Of a DNA stretch of 64,000 nucleotides, positions 9,179-19,695 are shown piece by piece; position 1 is the first letter of the stretch, and each line of letters starts with the position of its first letter. The notes beneath the pieces were generated by a model. That model was not told the DNA's origin. It searched no databases and saw only the letters and a list, made by a program, of their open reading frames with translations. The stretch is taken from NCBI GenBank assembly GCA_963729895.1, contig CAVSQB010000026.1, positions 64,001 to 128,000 on the forward strand, in the 5' to 3' direction. The translations under genes and the position numbers were made by a program. Origin of the DNA: an uncultured Fibrobacterota bacterium. Lineage in GTDB: Bacteria; Fibrobacterota; Chitinivibrionia; Chitinivibrionales; FEN-1185.

Positions 9179-10333
9179 TCATTCGGTAGCTGCGCCTTTT
9201 ATCAAGGCAAGAGCGATTTCGTTGCGCTGAATCTGGTTGGTGCCTTCATAGATCTGGGTGATCTTGGCGTCGCGCATGCGCTTCTCCATCGGATAATCGC
9301 GCATGTAACCATAGCCGCCCATCACCTGCACCGCATCCACCGTGACCTTCATCGCCGTGTCGGAGCAGAACAGTTTGGTCATTGCCGACTCCTTGGCGAA
9401 CTTCTTTTCGCCTGCGTCAATAGTCCTCGCGGTTGCATACATCAGTGCGCGAGCAGCCTCGATCTGGGTGGCCATGTCGGCGAGCAGGTGTTGAACCGCC
9501 TGGAACGAGGATATGGGCGACCCAAACTGGATGCGCTCGCGCGAATACTTTACGGCGTCTTCGAGCGCGCCCGCGGCAATGCCGAGCGCCTGTGCGCCCA
9601 CACCGGGCCGCGAATAATTGAGCGTGTTGATGGTAACGATGGCACCCATTCCTTCGCGCGAAAGCAGATTGGCCTTGGGTATCTTGCAATCCTGGAACAC
9701 GAGCTCGGTGGTACTCGACGCCCGGATTCCCATCTTATCTTCATGCTTGCCGAACGTGAATCCCGGCGTTCCCTTTTCCACGATGAATGCACTGATGCCG
9801 CGAGCTCCCTTTGCCGGGTTGGTCTTTGCCATCACCGCGTAGATCTCGGCGTTCTCACCGTTGGTTATCCACTGCTTGGTGCCGTTGAGCACGTACCGGT
9901 CACCCGAAAGCACCGCGGTTGTTTTCATACCGAGGGCGTCCGACCCGGCATTGGCCTCGGTGAGGCCGAATGCCGCGAGCTTCTTTCCCGATGCGATATC
10001 GGGCAGGTATTTCTTCTTTTGTTCATCGGAGCCGAACAAGAGGATGGGAAAGGTGCCCAGCGCGGTTGCCGCGATGGCAAGCGAAATACCCCCGTCAACC
10101 TTGGAGAGTTCCTCAACCGCAAGGCAGAGTTCGAACACGCCGCCGCCCATGCCGCCGTACTCCTGTGGAATGTACAATCCGCACAGGTCGGCCTCGGCGC
10201 ACGCACGCACCACGTCCCAGGGGAAAATTCCTTCCCGGTCATAGTGTTCGCGAACGGGCAAAATCTTCTTGTGCGCGACCTCCCGGGCCGTTTCGACGAT
10301 CATCTGTTGTTCTTCGGTGAGAAACCATTTCAT
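9179..10333 (-). CDS. Acyl-CoA dehydrogenase (short-chain/butyryl-CoA type)
   Basis: AFGLTEANAGSD, LNGTKQWITN, EDKMGIRAS, R.QFG..I, GGYGY, IYEGTNQIQR. Confidence 0.95.
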   Translation of the reverse strand: MKWFLTEEQQMIVETAREVAHKKILPVREHYDREGIFPWDVVRACAEADLCGLYIPQEYGGMGGGVFELCLAVEELSKVDGGISLAIAATALGTFPILLFGSDEQKKKYLPDIASGKKLAAFGLTEANAGSDALGMKTTAVLSGDRYVLNGTKQWITNGENAEIYAVMAKTNPAKGARGISAFIVEKGTPGFTFGKHEDKMGIRASSTTELVFQDCKIPKANLLSREGMGAIVTINTLNYSRPGVGAQALGIAAGALEDAVKYSRERIQFGSPISSFQAVQHLLADMATQIEAARALMYATARTIDAGEKKFAKESAMTKLFCSDTAMKVTVDAVQVMGGYGYMRDYPMEKRMRDAKITQIYEGTNQIQRNEIALALIKGAATE

Positions 10334-11124
10334 GGGGTGAGCACTCCTTTACTAAGTGTAATCGTTTCCTTGCTGTACCCGAGAAGCGCCTCGCGCGCGG
10401 CGCTCTGCTCGGCAACTTTCTTGTTGGGGCCGGCTCCTTCGCCGAGCGGGACGCCGCCCACCTCGACGCGGACGGTAAACTCCTTGGCATGTTCGGGACC
10501 GCTTGCGGATACAACGCGGTAGCGCGGTATGCCGAAGCCGTCGCGCTGCGAAAGCTCCAGGATCTTGCTCTTGTAGTTGGTATTACTTTCGTCCTTGAGG
10601 AACGCGTCGATGCTGCCGAACAGAAACCTGTCGAGGAATCTTCTTGCCTTTTCGAGGCCGCCGTCAAGGTAGACGGCGCCGAGCACCGCCTCAAACGCGT
10701 TCGATACTATCGACATCGGCTGGTTACCGCCCGATTTCCTTTCGGAATAGCCGAAATGCAGGTATTCGCCAAGGCTGAAGGACTGTGCGATCTCGCCGAG
10801 GATCTTTCTGCTCACCACCAGGGATTTTACTTTTGATAACTGGCCTTCTGATTTCGTGGGATATGCATGGTACAGGTGTTCGGTAACCAGGCAGTTGAGC
10901 ACGGCGTCGCCGAGAAACTCGAGCCGCTCGTTGGACATGAGGCCTTTCTTGTCGTCCGGCCCCACGCTCGACTTGTGCGTGAGCGAGAGGGTGAGCAGGG
11001 CGCAGCTATGGAATTTGTACCCGATTGTTTTCTGGAATGTCGCGAGCGACGGATCGATTCGGCGGTATTCGCGATGCGAAAAAATTAGCCTGAGGAGATC
11101 GCCTGGCCTTTTACGCAGATTCAT
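10330..11124 (-). CDS. rnc: Ribonuclease III
   Basis: NERLEFLGDAVL signature, FEAVLGAVYLDGG, C-terminal dsRBD; alternative TTG start at 11133. Confidence 0.96.
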   Translation of the reverse strand: MNLRKRPGDLLRLIFSHREYRRIDPSLATFQKTIGYKFHSCALLTLSLTHKSSVGPDDKKGLMSNERLEFLGDAVLNCLVTEHLYHAYPTKSEGQLSKVKSLVVSRKILGEIAQSFSLGEYLHFGYSERKSGGNQPMSIVSNAFEAVLGAVYLDGGLEKARRFLDRFLFGSIDAFLKDESNTNYKSKILELSQRDGFGIPRYRVVSASGPEHAKEFTVRVEVGGVPLGEGAGPNKKVAEQSAAREALLGYSKETITLSKGVLTP

Positions 11125-12355
11125 ATTTTCCAACGACCAGCGAGGCGTTGTGACCGCCGAACCCGAAGGAATTCTTCATCGCGTACCGCACCTTCCGTTT
11201 CACGGCGGTGTTCGGCGTGTAATTGAGATCGCATTCCGGGTCCGGGTCTTCGTAGTTGATGGTCGGATGGATGATGTCGCAGGAAAGGGACAGGATGGTG
11301 GCGATGAACTCAATGCCGCCCGACGCGCCGAGCAGATGGCCTGTCATCGACTTTGTGGAACTTATGTTCACTTTCGCGGCGTGTTCGCCGAAAACCTTCT
11401 TGATGGCGACGGTTTCGAGCTTGTCGTTGAGTTCGGTGGACGTGCCATGCGCGTTGATGTAGTCGATGTCTTCTGGTCTGATTCCGGCCGACGCCAGCGA
11501 CATGGCCATGGAACGCTGAGCACCTTCGCCGTCGGGTGACGGAGCGGTGAGATGGAACGCGTCGCCGGTTGCGCCGTATCCGAGGAGTTCGCCGTAAATG
11601 ACGGCGTTGCGGGCCTTCGCATGATCGAGTGTTTCGAGCACGACGATTCCCGACCCTTCGCCCATGACGAAGCCGTCGCGTTTCTTGTCGAACGGCGAAC
11701 TTGCTTTCTGGGGATTCTGGTTCCGCGTCGACAAGGCCTTGAGCGAGCAGAATCCGGCATACGACAGGGGGGTGATCGCCGATTCGGCGCCGCCGGCAAT
11801 GGCAACATCCATCATGCCTGCTTTGAGCATGAGGAACGAATCGCCAAGGGCGTGCCCGGCCGATGCGCATGCACTCACAACGGAGAAATTAGGTCCCTTG
11901 AGCCCGTACCCGATGGAAACCCTTCCTGCCGCCATGTCGGTTATCATCATGGGGATCAGAAAGGGGGAAACACGGCCCGGCCCCCGTGACAGGAGTTTGG
12001 CGTGCTCGGCCTCCAGAGTCTTGAGCCCGCCCACGCCGGAGCCGATGATGGTGCCGATACGGGTGAGATCTTCACGAGCAAGATCGAGCTTGGCGTCTTT
12101 GATCGCCATGTCTGCGGCGACAAGGGCAAAGAGGATAAATCGGTCGGTCCTGCCGACCTCCTTGAGATCAACAAGGCCTTCCAGATCGAGTTCCTTGACT
12201 TCACCGGCGATCTTCGACGGATAATTCGCGGTGTCGAATGTGGAAATATAATCGATCCCCGATTTCCCTTGACACAGGGAATCCCAGAACGACTGCACGG
12301 AATTGCCTACCGGACTAACAACTCCCAAGCCGGTGACCACTACTCGCTTCGACAT
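11111..12355 (-). CDS. fabF: 3-oxoacyl-ACP synthase II
   Basis: RVVVTGLG, SACAS, YINAHGTST, KSMTGHLLGA, NSFGFGGHN. Confidence 0.97.
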   Translation of the reverse strand: MSKRVVVTGLGVVSPVGNSVQSFWDSLCQGKSGIDYISTFDTANYPSKIAGEVKELDLEGLVDLKEVGRTDRFILFALVAADMAIKDAKLDLAREDLTRIGTIIGSGVGGLKTLEAEHAKLLSRGPGRVSPFLIPMMITDMAAGRVSIGYGLKGPNFSVVSACASAGHALGDSFLMLKAGMMDVAIAGGAESAITPLSYAGFCSLKALSTRNQNPQKASSPFDKKRDGFVMGEGSGIVVLETLDHAKARNAVIYGELLGYGATGDAFHLTAPSPDGEGAQRSMAMSLASAGIRPEDIDYINAHGTSTELNDKLETVAIKKVFGEHAAKVNISSTKSMTGHLLGASGGIEFIATILSLSCDIIHPTINYEDPDPECDLNYTPNTAVKRKVRYAMKNSFGFGGHNASLVVGKYESA

Positions 12356-12379
12356 CCAAGCATCAACTTTCGTTGGCGG

Positions 12380-12613
12380 TTAGAGCTTTTTTTCCAGATA
12401 CTCAATGGCGTCTTTGACGGTACGGAGTTTTTCCGCGTCTTCGTCGGGGATCTCTATATCGAACGCATCTTCAAAAGCCATGATAAGCTCGACCTGATCG
12501 AGTGAATCTGCGCCAAGATCTTCGACAAACGAAGCCTGCGGAGTCACCTTGTCCTCTGATACGCCAAGCTTCTCGGCGATAATCTGCTTAATCTTGGTTT
12601 CTTTCTCGCTCAC
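12380..12613 (-). CDS. acpP: Acyl carrier protein
   Basis: DLGADSLD phosphopantetheine site; GTG start with AAGGAG RBS. Confidence 0.96.
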   Translation of the reverse strand: MSEKETKIKQIIAEKLGVSEDKVTPQASFVEDLGADSLDQVELIMAFEDAFDIEIPDEDAEKLRTVKDAIEYLEKKL

Positions 12614-12686
12614 GCTTAACTCCTTTCGAGATTGATGTAGGTACGACGGGGACCTTTGGGTCCTTCTAAAAATGATTTCTTCCTGT

Positions 12687-13430
12687 TTACATAACAAGCC
12701 CGCCATCAACCGGAACTACCTGCCCGGTTATGTAATCGGACAGAGACGATGCAAGGAACAGCACGGCGTTCGCAACGTCGAGCGGCCAGCCGAGCCTTTG
12801 CATTGGAATCTGGGACGCAAGTTTTTCCTTGTCTTGAGCGGAGAGCTTGTCGGTCATGGCAGTTTGGATATATCCGGGAGCGACCGCATTCACCTGGATG
12901 TTTCGGCTCGCGAATTCACGGGCCAGCGTCTTGGTAAGTCCGATAAGCCCGGCCTTGGACGCCGAATAGTTTGCTTGCCCTGCATTTCCCCGGAGACCGA
13001 CGACCGAAGCGATATTGATGATTTTTCCCGTGCGAGCTTTCATCATGATGCGCGAAACTTCCTTGCAGCACAAGAATGCACTCTTAAGGTTGATGGAAAG
13101 CACAAGGTCCCAGTCTTCCTCTTTCATGCGAACTATGAGGCCGTCCCGGGTGATGCCCGCGTTGTTTACGAGAATATCGATTGCGGGGAAACGTGCATTA
13201 AAATCCGAAACCATTTGGGCGATGTCCGAAGCTTTCGAGACGTCACACCGCAGGGCAAGAGAGGATGCACCCAATGCCTTAACCTCGGCGGCAGTCGATT
13301 CTGCGGTCGAGATATCCACGTCGCATGCCCCGATATTCGCTCCGGCCTTCGCCAGCGTGAGGGCGATTTCCCTTCCGATACCACGGCCGGCACCTGTAAT
13401 AAGGGCATATTTTCCTTCCAAACGTATCAC
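12687..13430 (-). CDS. fabG: 3-oxoacyl-ACP reductase
   Basis: [21 protein letters not shown], fab operon context. Confidence 0.96.
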   Translation of the reverse strand: MIRLEGKYALITGAGRGIGREIALTLAKAGANIGACDVDISTAESTAAEVKALGASSLALRCDVSKASDIAQMVSDFNARFPAIDILVNNAGITRDGLIVRMKEEDWDLVLSINLKSAFLCCKEVSRIMMKARTGKIINIASVVGLRGNAGQANYSASKAGLIGLTKTLAREFASRNIQVNAVAPGYIQTAMTDKLSAQDKEKLASQIPMQRLGWPLDVANAVLFLASSLSDYITGQVVPVDGGLVM

Positions 13431-13513
13431 GCCGCTTGTTCCCCTGTCCTACCCGGTTGCCTTGCCAATTTACCCGATAACAATTAGAATTGGATCCGCC
13501 GCACAATCTTTCT

Positions 13514-14431
13514 TCAGCGAACCATTGAATATATGTTTTCAACTGTTCCGCACAAAACAACATTCAGGGCCGAATTGCATTTTTTCACCAGACCGCTGAG
13601 CACTGACCCGGGGCCAACTTCGCATAAGGTTCCGGGCGCGTTTTGAGCCAGCGTCGCAACGGAGTCTACCCACCTTACGGGCGACGTGAGTTGTTTCACG
13701 AGAAGACGTTTGATTGCGGCGCCCGATGTCTCGATGCTTGCCGTCACATTCGCAACAACCGGACAAGCCGGGTCCTTAAAGACAAAAGGTTCCAGGAAAC
13801 GGGAGAACTCTTCTACCGAAGACGCCATGAGCGGGGAATGAAACGCCCCGCTTACCGGGAGGACTACGGCGCGCTTTGCACCTGCGTTCCTGAGAGCCTC
13901 GCATGCGCGGGTCACTGCCGGAACCTCTCCTGAAATGACGGTCTGGTCCGGGCTGTTTTCGTTTGCGCACACAACAACACCGCCGACTGAAGCAAGGATC
14001 TCCTGTATCCTCGGCCGGGAAAGTCCCACGATGGCAGCCATGGTTCCGGGCGTTTTCTCACCTGCACGGGACATAAGTTCCCCTCTTTTCGCAACCATGG
14101 CGAGTCCGGCGCGAAACGAGATCGCCCCGGCCGCATACAGGGCGCAATATTCTCCCAACGAATGTCCGGCGCACAACGATGGCACGATCCCTCTTTCTTT
14201 CAGGACATCACAGATTATCGACTCAACCGCAAAAAGCGCAGGCTGGGTATTCTGCGTTTGAGTGAGCGCCGATTCCGGACCTTTCAGAATTACGGCAAAG
14301 AGGTCGCGCCCCAGCACCTCATTGCATTCATCAACGCGACGCCTGGCGAGGTCGAAAGAAATGATGAAATCATTCCCCATGCCCACTTTTTGGGAACCCT
14401 GTCCGGGAAAGAGAAACGTGTATCGCATCAA
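13514..14431 (-). CDS. fabD: Malonyl-CoA:ACP transacylase
   Basis: FPGQGSQ, GHSLGE, VSGAFHS. Confidence 0.96.
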   Translation of the reverse strand: MMRYTFLFPGQGSQKVGMGNDFIISFDLARRRVDECNEVLGRDLFAVILKGPESALTQTQNTQPALFAVESIICDVLKERGIVPSLCAGHSLGEYCALYAAGAISFRAGLAMVAKRGELMSRAGEKTPGTMAAIVGLSRPRIQEILASVGGVVVCANENSPDQTVISGEVPAVTRACEALRNAGAKRAVVLPVSGAFHSPLMASSVEEFSRFLEPFVFKDPACPVVANVTASIETSGAAIKRLLVKQLTSPVRWVDSVATLAQNAPGTLCEVGPGSVLSGLVKKCNSALNVVLCGTVENIYSMVR

Positions 14432-14474
14432 ATGTTTTCCCCTTTTTGCGGTCTTTGCGCCTTTGCAGTGAATC

Positions 14475-15437
14475 TTAGAATCTGACTACCGCGCTACCCC
14501 ACGCAAGGCCGCCGCCCAGCGCCGTGAACATGGCAACGGTGCCGTCTTTGACCCGGCCGTCGGCCCAGGCGTCCGCGAGCGCCAGCGGAATGGATGCCGA
14601 CGAAGTATTTCCATACTTGTCCAAGTTGGTCACCATTCTTTCACGCGGCAGATTAAGATGTTTCGCCATGGCGTCCATAATGCGCAGGTTAGCCTGGTGC
14701 GGGATAAGAAGGTCTATATCTTCAATCGACAGGCCTGCTTTCTTGAGGCATTGCTCGGTTGCATCACCCATGAGGCGCACGGCGTGTTTGTACACTTCGT
14801 TGCCGTTCATCTTCATGTACCGATGTTCCCCGAATGCGGGCAGGTATAAGATATCTCCCAGCGCCCCGTTACTTTTCAGATAAGTGGCAAGGATCCCTTT
14901 ATCACCGTCTTCGCGCTTCTCGAGGAGCACTGCACCGGCGCCGTCGCCGAACAGAATGCATGTACTGCGGTCGGTCCAGTCGACCGTTCGCGATGTTATT
15001 TCGACCCCAACAACGAGCATGCGACTGCACTGGCCCGACACGATCATGGAATCGGCGATGGACAATGCGTACACGAATCCTGCGCACGCCGCCGACACAT
15101 CAAACGCGCATGCACGCGTATTGCCGATGAATTGCTGGATCTTGCATGCGGTTGAAGGAAAGAAATAATCCGGCGAAAATGTTGCGCAGATGATGCCGTC
15201 GACATCGAGCGGCGAGCACCGCGCATTGGAAAGCGCGGCACACGCGGCCTTGCCGCCAAGCTCGTATGCCCGGGCGTCCTCTCCCGGAGCGAACAGGTGG
15301 CGTTGCCGTATGCCGGTGCGCGTGGAAATCCATTCATCTGATGTATCAAGAATCTTCTCGAGGTCTTTGTTGGTTACGATACGCTCGGGAACGCTTGTGC
15401 CGACCGAGACGATGCGCGCGATTCTTTTGTATGTCAC
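14475..15437 (-). CDS. fabH: 3-oxoacyl-ACP synthase III
   Basis: DTSDEWI..RTGI, AACAGF, FGDGAGA, PHQAN, GNTSSAS. Confidence 0.96.
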   Translation of the reverse strand: MTYKRIARIVSVGTSVPERIVTNKDLEKILDTSDEWISTRTGIRQRHLFAPGEDARAYELGGKAACAALSNARCSPLDVDGIICATFSPDYFFPSTACKIQQFIGNTRACAFDVSAACAGFVYALSIADSMIVSGQCSRMLVVGVEITSRTVDWTDRSTCILFGDGAGAVLLEKREDGDKGILATYLKSNGALGDILYLPAFGEHRYMKMNGNEVYKHAVRLMGDATEQCLKKAGLSIEDIDLLIPHQANLRIMDAMAKHLNLPRERMVTNLDKYGNTSSASIPLALADAWADGRVKDGTVAMFTALGGGLAWGSAVVRF

Positions 15438-15438
15438 C

Positions 15439-16440
15439 TTATCGTATGCCTTTCACCGTCGTTGCCGTGTCTCCCGTAAGGGCATCCTTCCGTAGCACGG
15501 TTATCGAGGTAAGAATCGCGTTTGTAATTGCCCTTGACGTGGAACTCCCGTGCGCTTTGAGTACCGTGCCTCGAATGCCCAGAAAGGGCACCGCACCATA
15601 ATTTTCGGGATTGAGCACGCTGTCCACTTCGTTTTCGACCTTCTCCCAAAGTCCTGGTTTGGGGTCCAGCACGCTTCGTGCGAGCGAGTAAAAGCTTTCG
15701 CACGCCTTAAGAAGCACGTTGCCGGCGAAACCGTCACATACCACCACGTCCGCTTCTCCGCGAAGTACGCCCGACCCTTCAATAAACCCGCAGTATCCTG
15801 TGCAGGATTTTTCGAGCCTTTGCCCCGCCTCGAACAGCACGCGCGTTCCCTTGGTCGGCTCTTCGCCTATGTTAAGCAGCTTGAGCCGCGGCGAAGGATT
15901 GTTGCAGTATTTTCTCACGTACGAATATCCCAGGTGGCCAAAGCAAACCAGGTGCTGCACGCGGCAGTTGAGGTTTGCGCCAACGTCAAGAAGCAGGATC
16001 TGTCCTTTTCCGGCGGTCGGCAGAAAAGCCGCGAGCGCCGGCCTCAGCGCCTCCCTCTGGCGGCCGAGGACAAAAAGGGCGGCGCTCATCAGAATTCCGG
16101 TATCGCCCGCGCTTATGGATGCGTCGACCTTGCCCTGTTTCTGGAGCGTAACGATCCGGATTATGGGTGCGTCTGTTTTTGTTTTCCACACCCGCGTCGG
16201 AATGTCTCCCGGCTCAACGCGGTCGCCGCAGTGTTCAATTATCAGCGGACCCTTTCCGTCTTCCGGGTTTCCGCCGGCTTCCTCCAGAAGCGAACGTATT
16301 TTTGCCGAGTCGCCGCACAAATAGGCGGCAAACGGGTCGCCTATGATGCGTCGTGCTTCCAGAATTCCGTTGATGATGACTCTGGAGCCGTTGTCGCCGC
16401 TCATGACGTCAATGGCCAAACGGAGAGGACGCATTTTCAA
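15439..16440 (-). CDS. plsX: Phosphate acyltransferase PlsX
   Basis: AIDVMSGD, SAGDTG, LDVGAN, NIGEE..KG, DGFAGNV.LK, KAHGSS. Confidence 0.93.
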   Translation of the reverse strand: MKMRPLRLAIDVMSGDNGSRVIINGILEARRIIGDPFAAYLCGDSAKIRSLLEEAGGNPEDGKGPLIIEHCGDRVEPGDIPTRVWKTKTDAPIIRIVTLQKQGKVDASISAGDTGILMSAALFVLGRQREALRPALAAFLPTAGKGQILLLDVGANLNCRVQHLVCFGHLGYSYVRKYCNNPSPRLKLLNIGEEPTKGTRVLFEAGQRLEKSCTGYCGFIEGSGVLRGEADVVVCDGFAGNVLLKACESFYSLARSVLDPKPGLWEKVENEVDSVLNPENYGAVPFLGIRGTVLKAHGSSTSRAITNAILTSITVLRKDALTGDTATTVKGIR

Positions 16441-16644
16441 TCCGGTTCCGGCAAACGGTTTATCGTCAGTCCGGCTTTAGAGCCTAGCCGCGCACCACAA
16501 CACGGACTCCACTGTTTCGAAGGAACCGTTTGTTTTGTCGGGCCGCATCGGCGGCGTATCACTACGAGACAGGCCTGCTTTGGCCTCCACGCCTGCGGCT
16601 TTTTCGCCCGGTTTCGCCGGCAACCCTTATTCACAAATGAACTC

Positions 16645-16824
16645 TTAGTCTACCGGCTGGATTCTTTCCACCCCAGCATAGAAGCCGCAGTTCTGGCATA
16701 CGCGGTGGGCCATTTTCGGCTGTTTGCAATGAGAACAAAGCGTGGGTGCTTTCGGCTTTATCTTGAAATGCGTTCTGCGTTTGTCTCGACGTGTGCTGGA
16801 TATTCGCCTTTTGGGAAGCGCCAT
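16645..16824 (-). CDS. rpmF: 50S ribosomal protein L32 (59 aa, below the ORF-track cutoff)
   Basis: Hand translation MALPKRRISSTRRDKRRTHFKIKPKAPTLCSHCKQPKMAHRVCQNCGFYAGVERIQPVD with two CxxC pairs; GAGGAGG RBS; between yceD and plsX. Confidence 0.96.
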   Translation of the reverse strand: MALPKRRISSTRRDKRRTHFKIKPKAPTLCSHCKQPKMAHRVCQNCGFYAGVERIQPVD

Positions 16825-16860
16825 TTTTCCTCCTCTGGATAATTACCTTTGTCTATTTGT

Positions 16861-17376
16861 CTACTTGGTTTCTTTGTTTCTGAGCTTCCCAAGGGCTTTC
16901 CACCGCGGGTCGATCTCCGGATTCTCTCCCGCCAAATCAACGACGATCGCCGGATCGTTCTTTACCGCGATGCCTGCGCATTGTTCGGAGCATAAGGGCT
17001 TCATGGGCAACGACACTATAATCTCGTCGAAAACCAGCGGAGCTATGTCGACGTCCCCGGTTGCCTCGTCGAAAAAAAGATCAACCTCCTCTTCGGGGAG
17101 CGTGCGTCTGTCCTGCGACCGGCTTTTTTCCTGCAGTACAAGCCGGAATTCTCCGGATAACGGTTGCGTTATCGGGGTAAGGCACCGGGAACACTGCATC
17201 CGCGCGACGCATCGGTACCTGACATGCAGGTGAATTTGCGTCTGAAACCGGTCCACGTCGGCGGTGCAGAAGACATCACCTGCCGTGGCAAGCCATTGCG
17301 CCTTCTCACCGGTTACCGGTATGTTTTGAGAAAGAACGCTGTGTCCTTCCGGAATTCGTTTTGCGTTGAACTGCAT
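16861..17376 (-). CDS. yceD: DUF177/YceD family protein
   Basis: CSRCL, LPMKPLCSEQCAG, IDPRWKAL; upstream of rpmF. Confidence 0.9.
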   Translation of the reverse strand: MQFNAKRIPEGHSVLSQNIPVTGEKAQWLATAGDVFCTADVDRFQTQIHLHVRYRCVARMQCSRCLTPITQPLSGEFRLVLQEKSRSQDRRTLPEEEVDLFFDEATGDVDIAPLVFDEIIVSLPMKPLCSEQCAGIAVKNDPAIVVDLAGENPEIDPRWKALGKLRNKETK

Positions 17377-17526
17377 GTTAGGAAAACTTTCAAAATAATT
17401 CCTCAAGCCGAAAAGTGTCAAGAAAACAATGCGACATTCCGCGCTTTATCCATAAAAAAGCGGAGCATAACCGTGAGCGGAACAGTCATACTCCGTTTGG
17501 ATTTCCGGCTACCGGGACCGCGCACC

Positions 17527-18201
17527 TCACTGCGCATTGATCGTTGCAATAAGAGAACTTGCCTTCTGAAGGCTGTCGCGGGCGTTTCTGGCCTTCTGCC
17601 GCATGATCCGCTCACGCAATTCCTCCTGCGCAGTATCTTCCGCTTTGTAAAACAATACGGCATATTGCGCGGATTCGGCGAGCAGCGCGAGCCCTTCCTT
17701 TATCTGGTTTGCGCATTCTGCAAACACATTGTCCGAAACGGCAATCTTGCCGAATTCAGCGGCAAGATCGTCGCATTTGCGCTTTGCCTCAGCCGCCCTG
17801 CCGACGAGGCCGTCGAGTTCCAGAGACTGGTCGTGCATGTCCATGTTCGCAAGCTGCGTTGCGAGCGCGGTCCCGCTGGTAATGACTGCGTTAAGCTTCC
17901 CCGCAAGACCGAGCCGTTCCTTGTTTTCCTTCATGGCCGACTGGTATTGCTGTTCGCGGGATTGCATCTGATCTTCCGCCTTTTGCTTCTCCACTTCGAG
18001 GCGCTTGAGTTCTTCGCGGTTTCGGGTGTTCTGGTCGTTGTTGACATATTGCACGGTCATCCAAACGGTCCCCGCCAGTATGACGGTGGCGATAAGGTAA
18101 GAAATGGAAAGCCGCGTCGGTCCGTGCGAATTGACGGCAACCATGTAGGCAAGCAGCGTTATTCCGCCCATAACCACCAGAAGAAGAATGTCCACACCCA
18201 T
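17527..18201 (-). CDS. Membrane-anchored coiled-coil hypothetical protein
   Basis: Two N-terminal hydrophobic helices, then heptad-rich helical region; AAGGA RBS. Confidence 0.75.
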   Translation of the reverse strand: MGVDILLLVVMGGITLLAYMVAVNSHGPTRLSISYLIATVILAGTVWMTVQYVNNDQNTRNREELKRLEVEKQKAEDQMQSREQQYQSAMKENKERLGLAGKLNAVITSGTALATQLANMDMHDQSLELDGLVGRAAEAKRKCDDLAAEFGKIAVSDNVFAECANQIKEGLALLAESAQYAVLFYKAEDTAQEELRERIMRQKARNARDSLQKASSLIATINAQ

Positions 18202-18294
18202 TTTGTCAATCCTTTTCTAGACGTTTGAAACTTCACCCGGCCGGCGCTCCGCAGTGCGCGCGCCGTATCGCCGCACCTGTGATTGCAGCCGGCG

Positions 18295-18750
18295 TTAGAA
18301 CGGCAGGTCGTCCGATGCGTTCGCAGGACCGGCAGCGGGGGAAGCCTGGTCGAACTCCGGAGAAGGTTCGGAAACCGCATCCTGTGAAGCCGGAGCATCC
18401 TGCGCCGGACCGCCGCCGCCCGGGCCGCCGAGAAACTGGACCGTGTTTGCGACTATTTCGGTCTTGTATTTCTTGTTGCCGTCGCGGTCGTCCCACGAAC
18501 GAGTGGTAATTCTCCCCTCGACATAGGCGGAACGGCCTTTCTTAAGATACTGGTTGACGATTTCCGCTGTCTTTCCATACACGACAATGTTGTGCCATTC
18601 GGTACGTTCCTGGCGCTGTCCCGCCTTATCGGTCCATTTTTCCGTCGTTGCAAGGGAAAACGTCGAAACCGCCTGGCCGCTTGGCAAATACCGGAGTTCC
18701 GGATCCTTCCCGAGATTGCCGATCAGAATCGCCTTGTTCACGCCTGCCAT
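18295..18750 (-). CDS. ssb: Single-stranded DNA-binding protein
   Basis: [20 protein letters not shown]-terminal DDLPF. Confidence 0.97.
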   Translation of the reverse strand: MAGVNKAILIGNLGKDPELRYLPSGQAVSTFSLATTEKWTDKAGQRQERTEWHNIVVYGKTAEIVNQYLKKGRSAYVEGRITTRSWDDRDGNKKYKTEIVANTVQFLGGPGGGGPAQDAPASQDAVSEPSPEFDQASPAAGPANASDDLPF

Positions 18751-18924
18751 ATGCCCCTCCGGATAGTCGGTGCCCTGTAGATTGGGATGACAACAGATTG
18801 CCTGTTTTTTATAAACTACATTATGTGATGCACCGCGGAAAGCCAGTTGTGTGACCCGGGATTGAGAAGAAACGCCGTTCCTCAACCCACCGACGGTCGC
18901 TGGGCGCAGGCATGGTGCCGGGCG

Positions 18925-19455
18925 TTATGACCGCTTCATCTTCTTGCGGGACGGTTTAGCATACTTGGTTATTGTCTTGCCGATGGTGACGCTCAGGTAT
19001 CCGCCGTGCAGTTCGACCGAATTGTTCCACAGCGTTTGCCCGTTTTCTCCCCGGCCGACGGTCAGCAGGAGCCTCGTCTCCACTCCCGTAAGGGCCATTT
19101 TGCATTCCGCGGTTTTTGCCCGAAGGCCCTTAAACGGACTGCCGGAGGGGAACGCGGTTTCCCATTCGTCAATGCGAACGTCGAACAACTCGACGACCAC
19201 TGCGCTTTTCATCCTGTCGAAGTAATACCAGTAGTGCTTCGGCAATCCTCTGGCGAATACGTCGAGGGTAAAGAACAGGCTATCGTGGCGGATCAGGGGA
19301 ATCTTGCACACCTGCGCCGAATCGATGCGAAGGATTTGCGCTGCTGCAGTGCACGACATGGCAGCGATCCAAAAGGCCACAAGCACCACGCTACCCGAGG
19401 CTTGGCTTGCCCAACCTCGAACCTGTCTGCGCCAATCCAAGTCGTTTACAGGCAT
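18925..19455 (-). CDS. Hypothetical exported protein (start uncertain)
   Basis: ORF fills the gap between ssb and panB; hydrophobic signal-like segment VVLVAFWIAAMSCTAAA. Confidence 0.5.
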   Translation of the reverse strand: MPVNDLDWRRQVRGWASQASGSVVLVAFWIAAMSCTAAAQILRIDSAQVCKIPLIRHDSLFFTLDVFARGLPKHYWYYFDRMKSAVVVELFDVRIDEWETAFPSGSPFKGLRAKTAECKMALTGVETRLLLTVGRGENGQTLWNNSVELHGGYLSVTIGKTITKYAKPSRKKMKRS

Positions 19456-19695
19456 AGAAAAGAACACACCCTTCTTCGCTCCCGAAACGGGAGAGCCGCG
19501 GATCATGGACACGAGCCGTGATCGCGGTTCCCGCACGAAGTTCCCGGGCTGCAGTTTTGTTCCTCCGTAATTATATGTATTTTAACGAGTGGAAACGACA
19601 AGAAAATGGTTTGCGCAGACCCGCGGAAAAGGACAAACGTTCCGGTCCGCATTCACCAGCGAAGCCCGGGCAGGCGGCTCGCGAAAGAAGGATTC

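Noticed and set aside
12614..12709. N-terminal extensions in the ORF track (acpP, ssb, panB, FMN reductase, tatT)
   Set aside because: Downstream starts have clear RBSs and match family N-termini.
16437..16634. 65-aa ORF between rpmF and plsX
   Set aside because: No family resemblance; likely non-coding leader.
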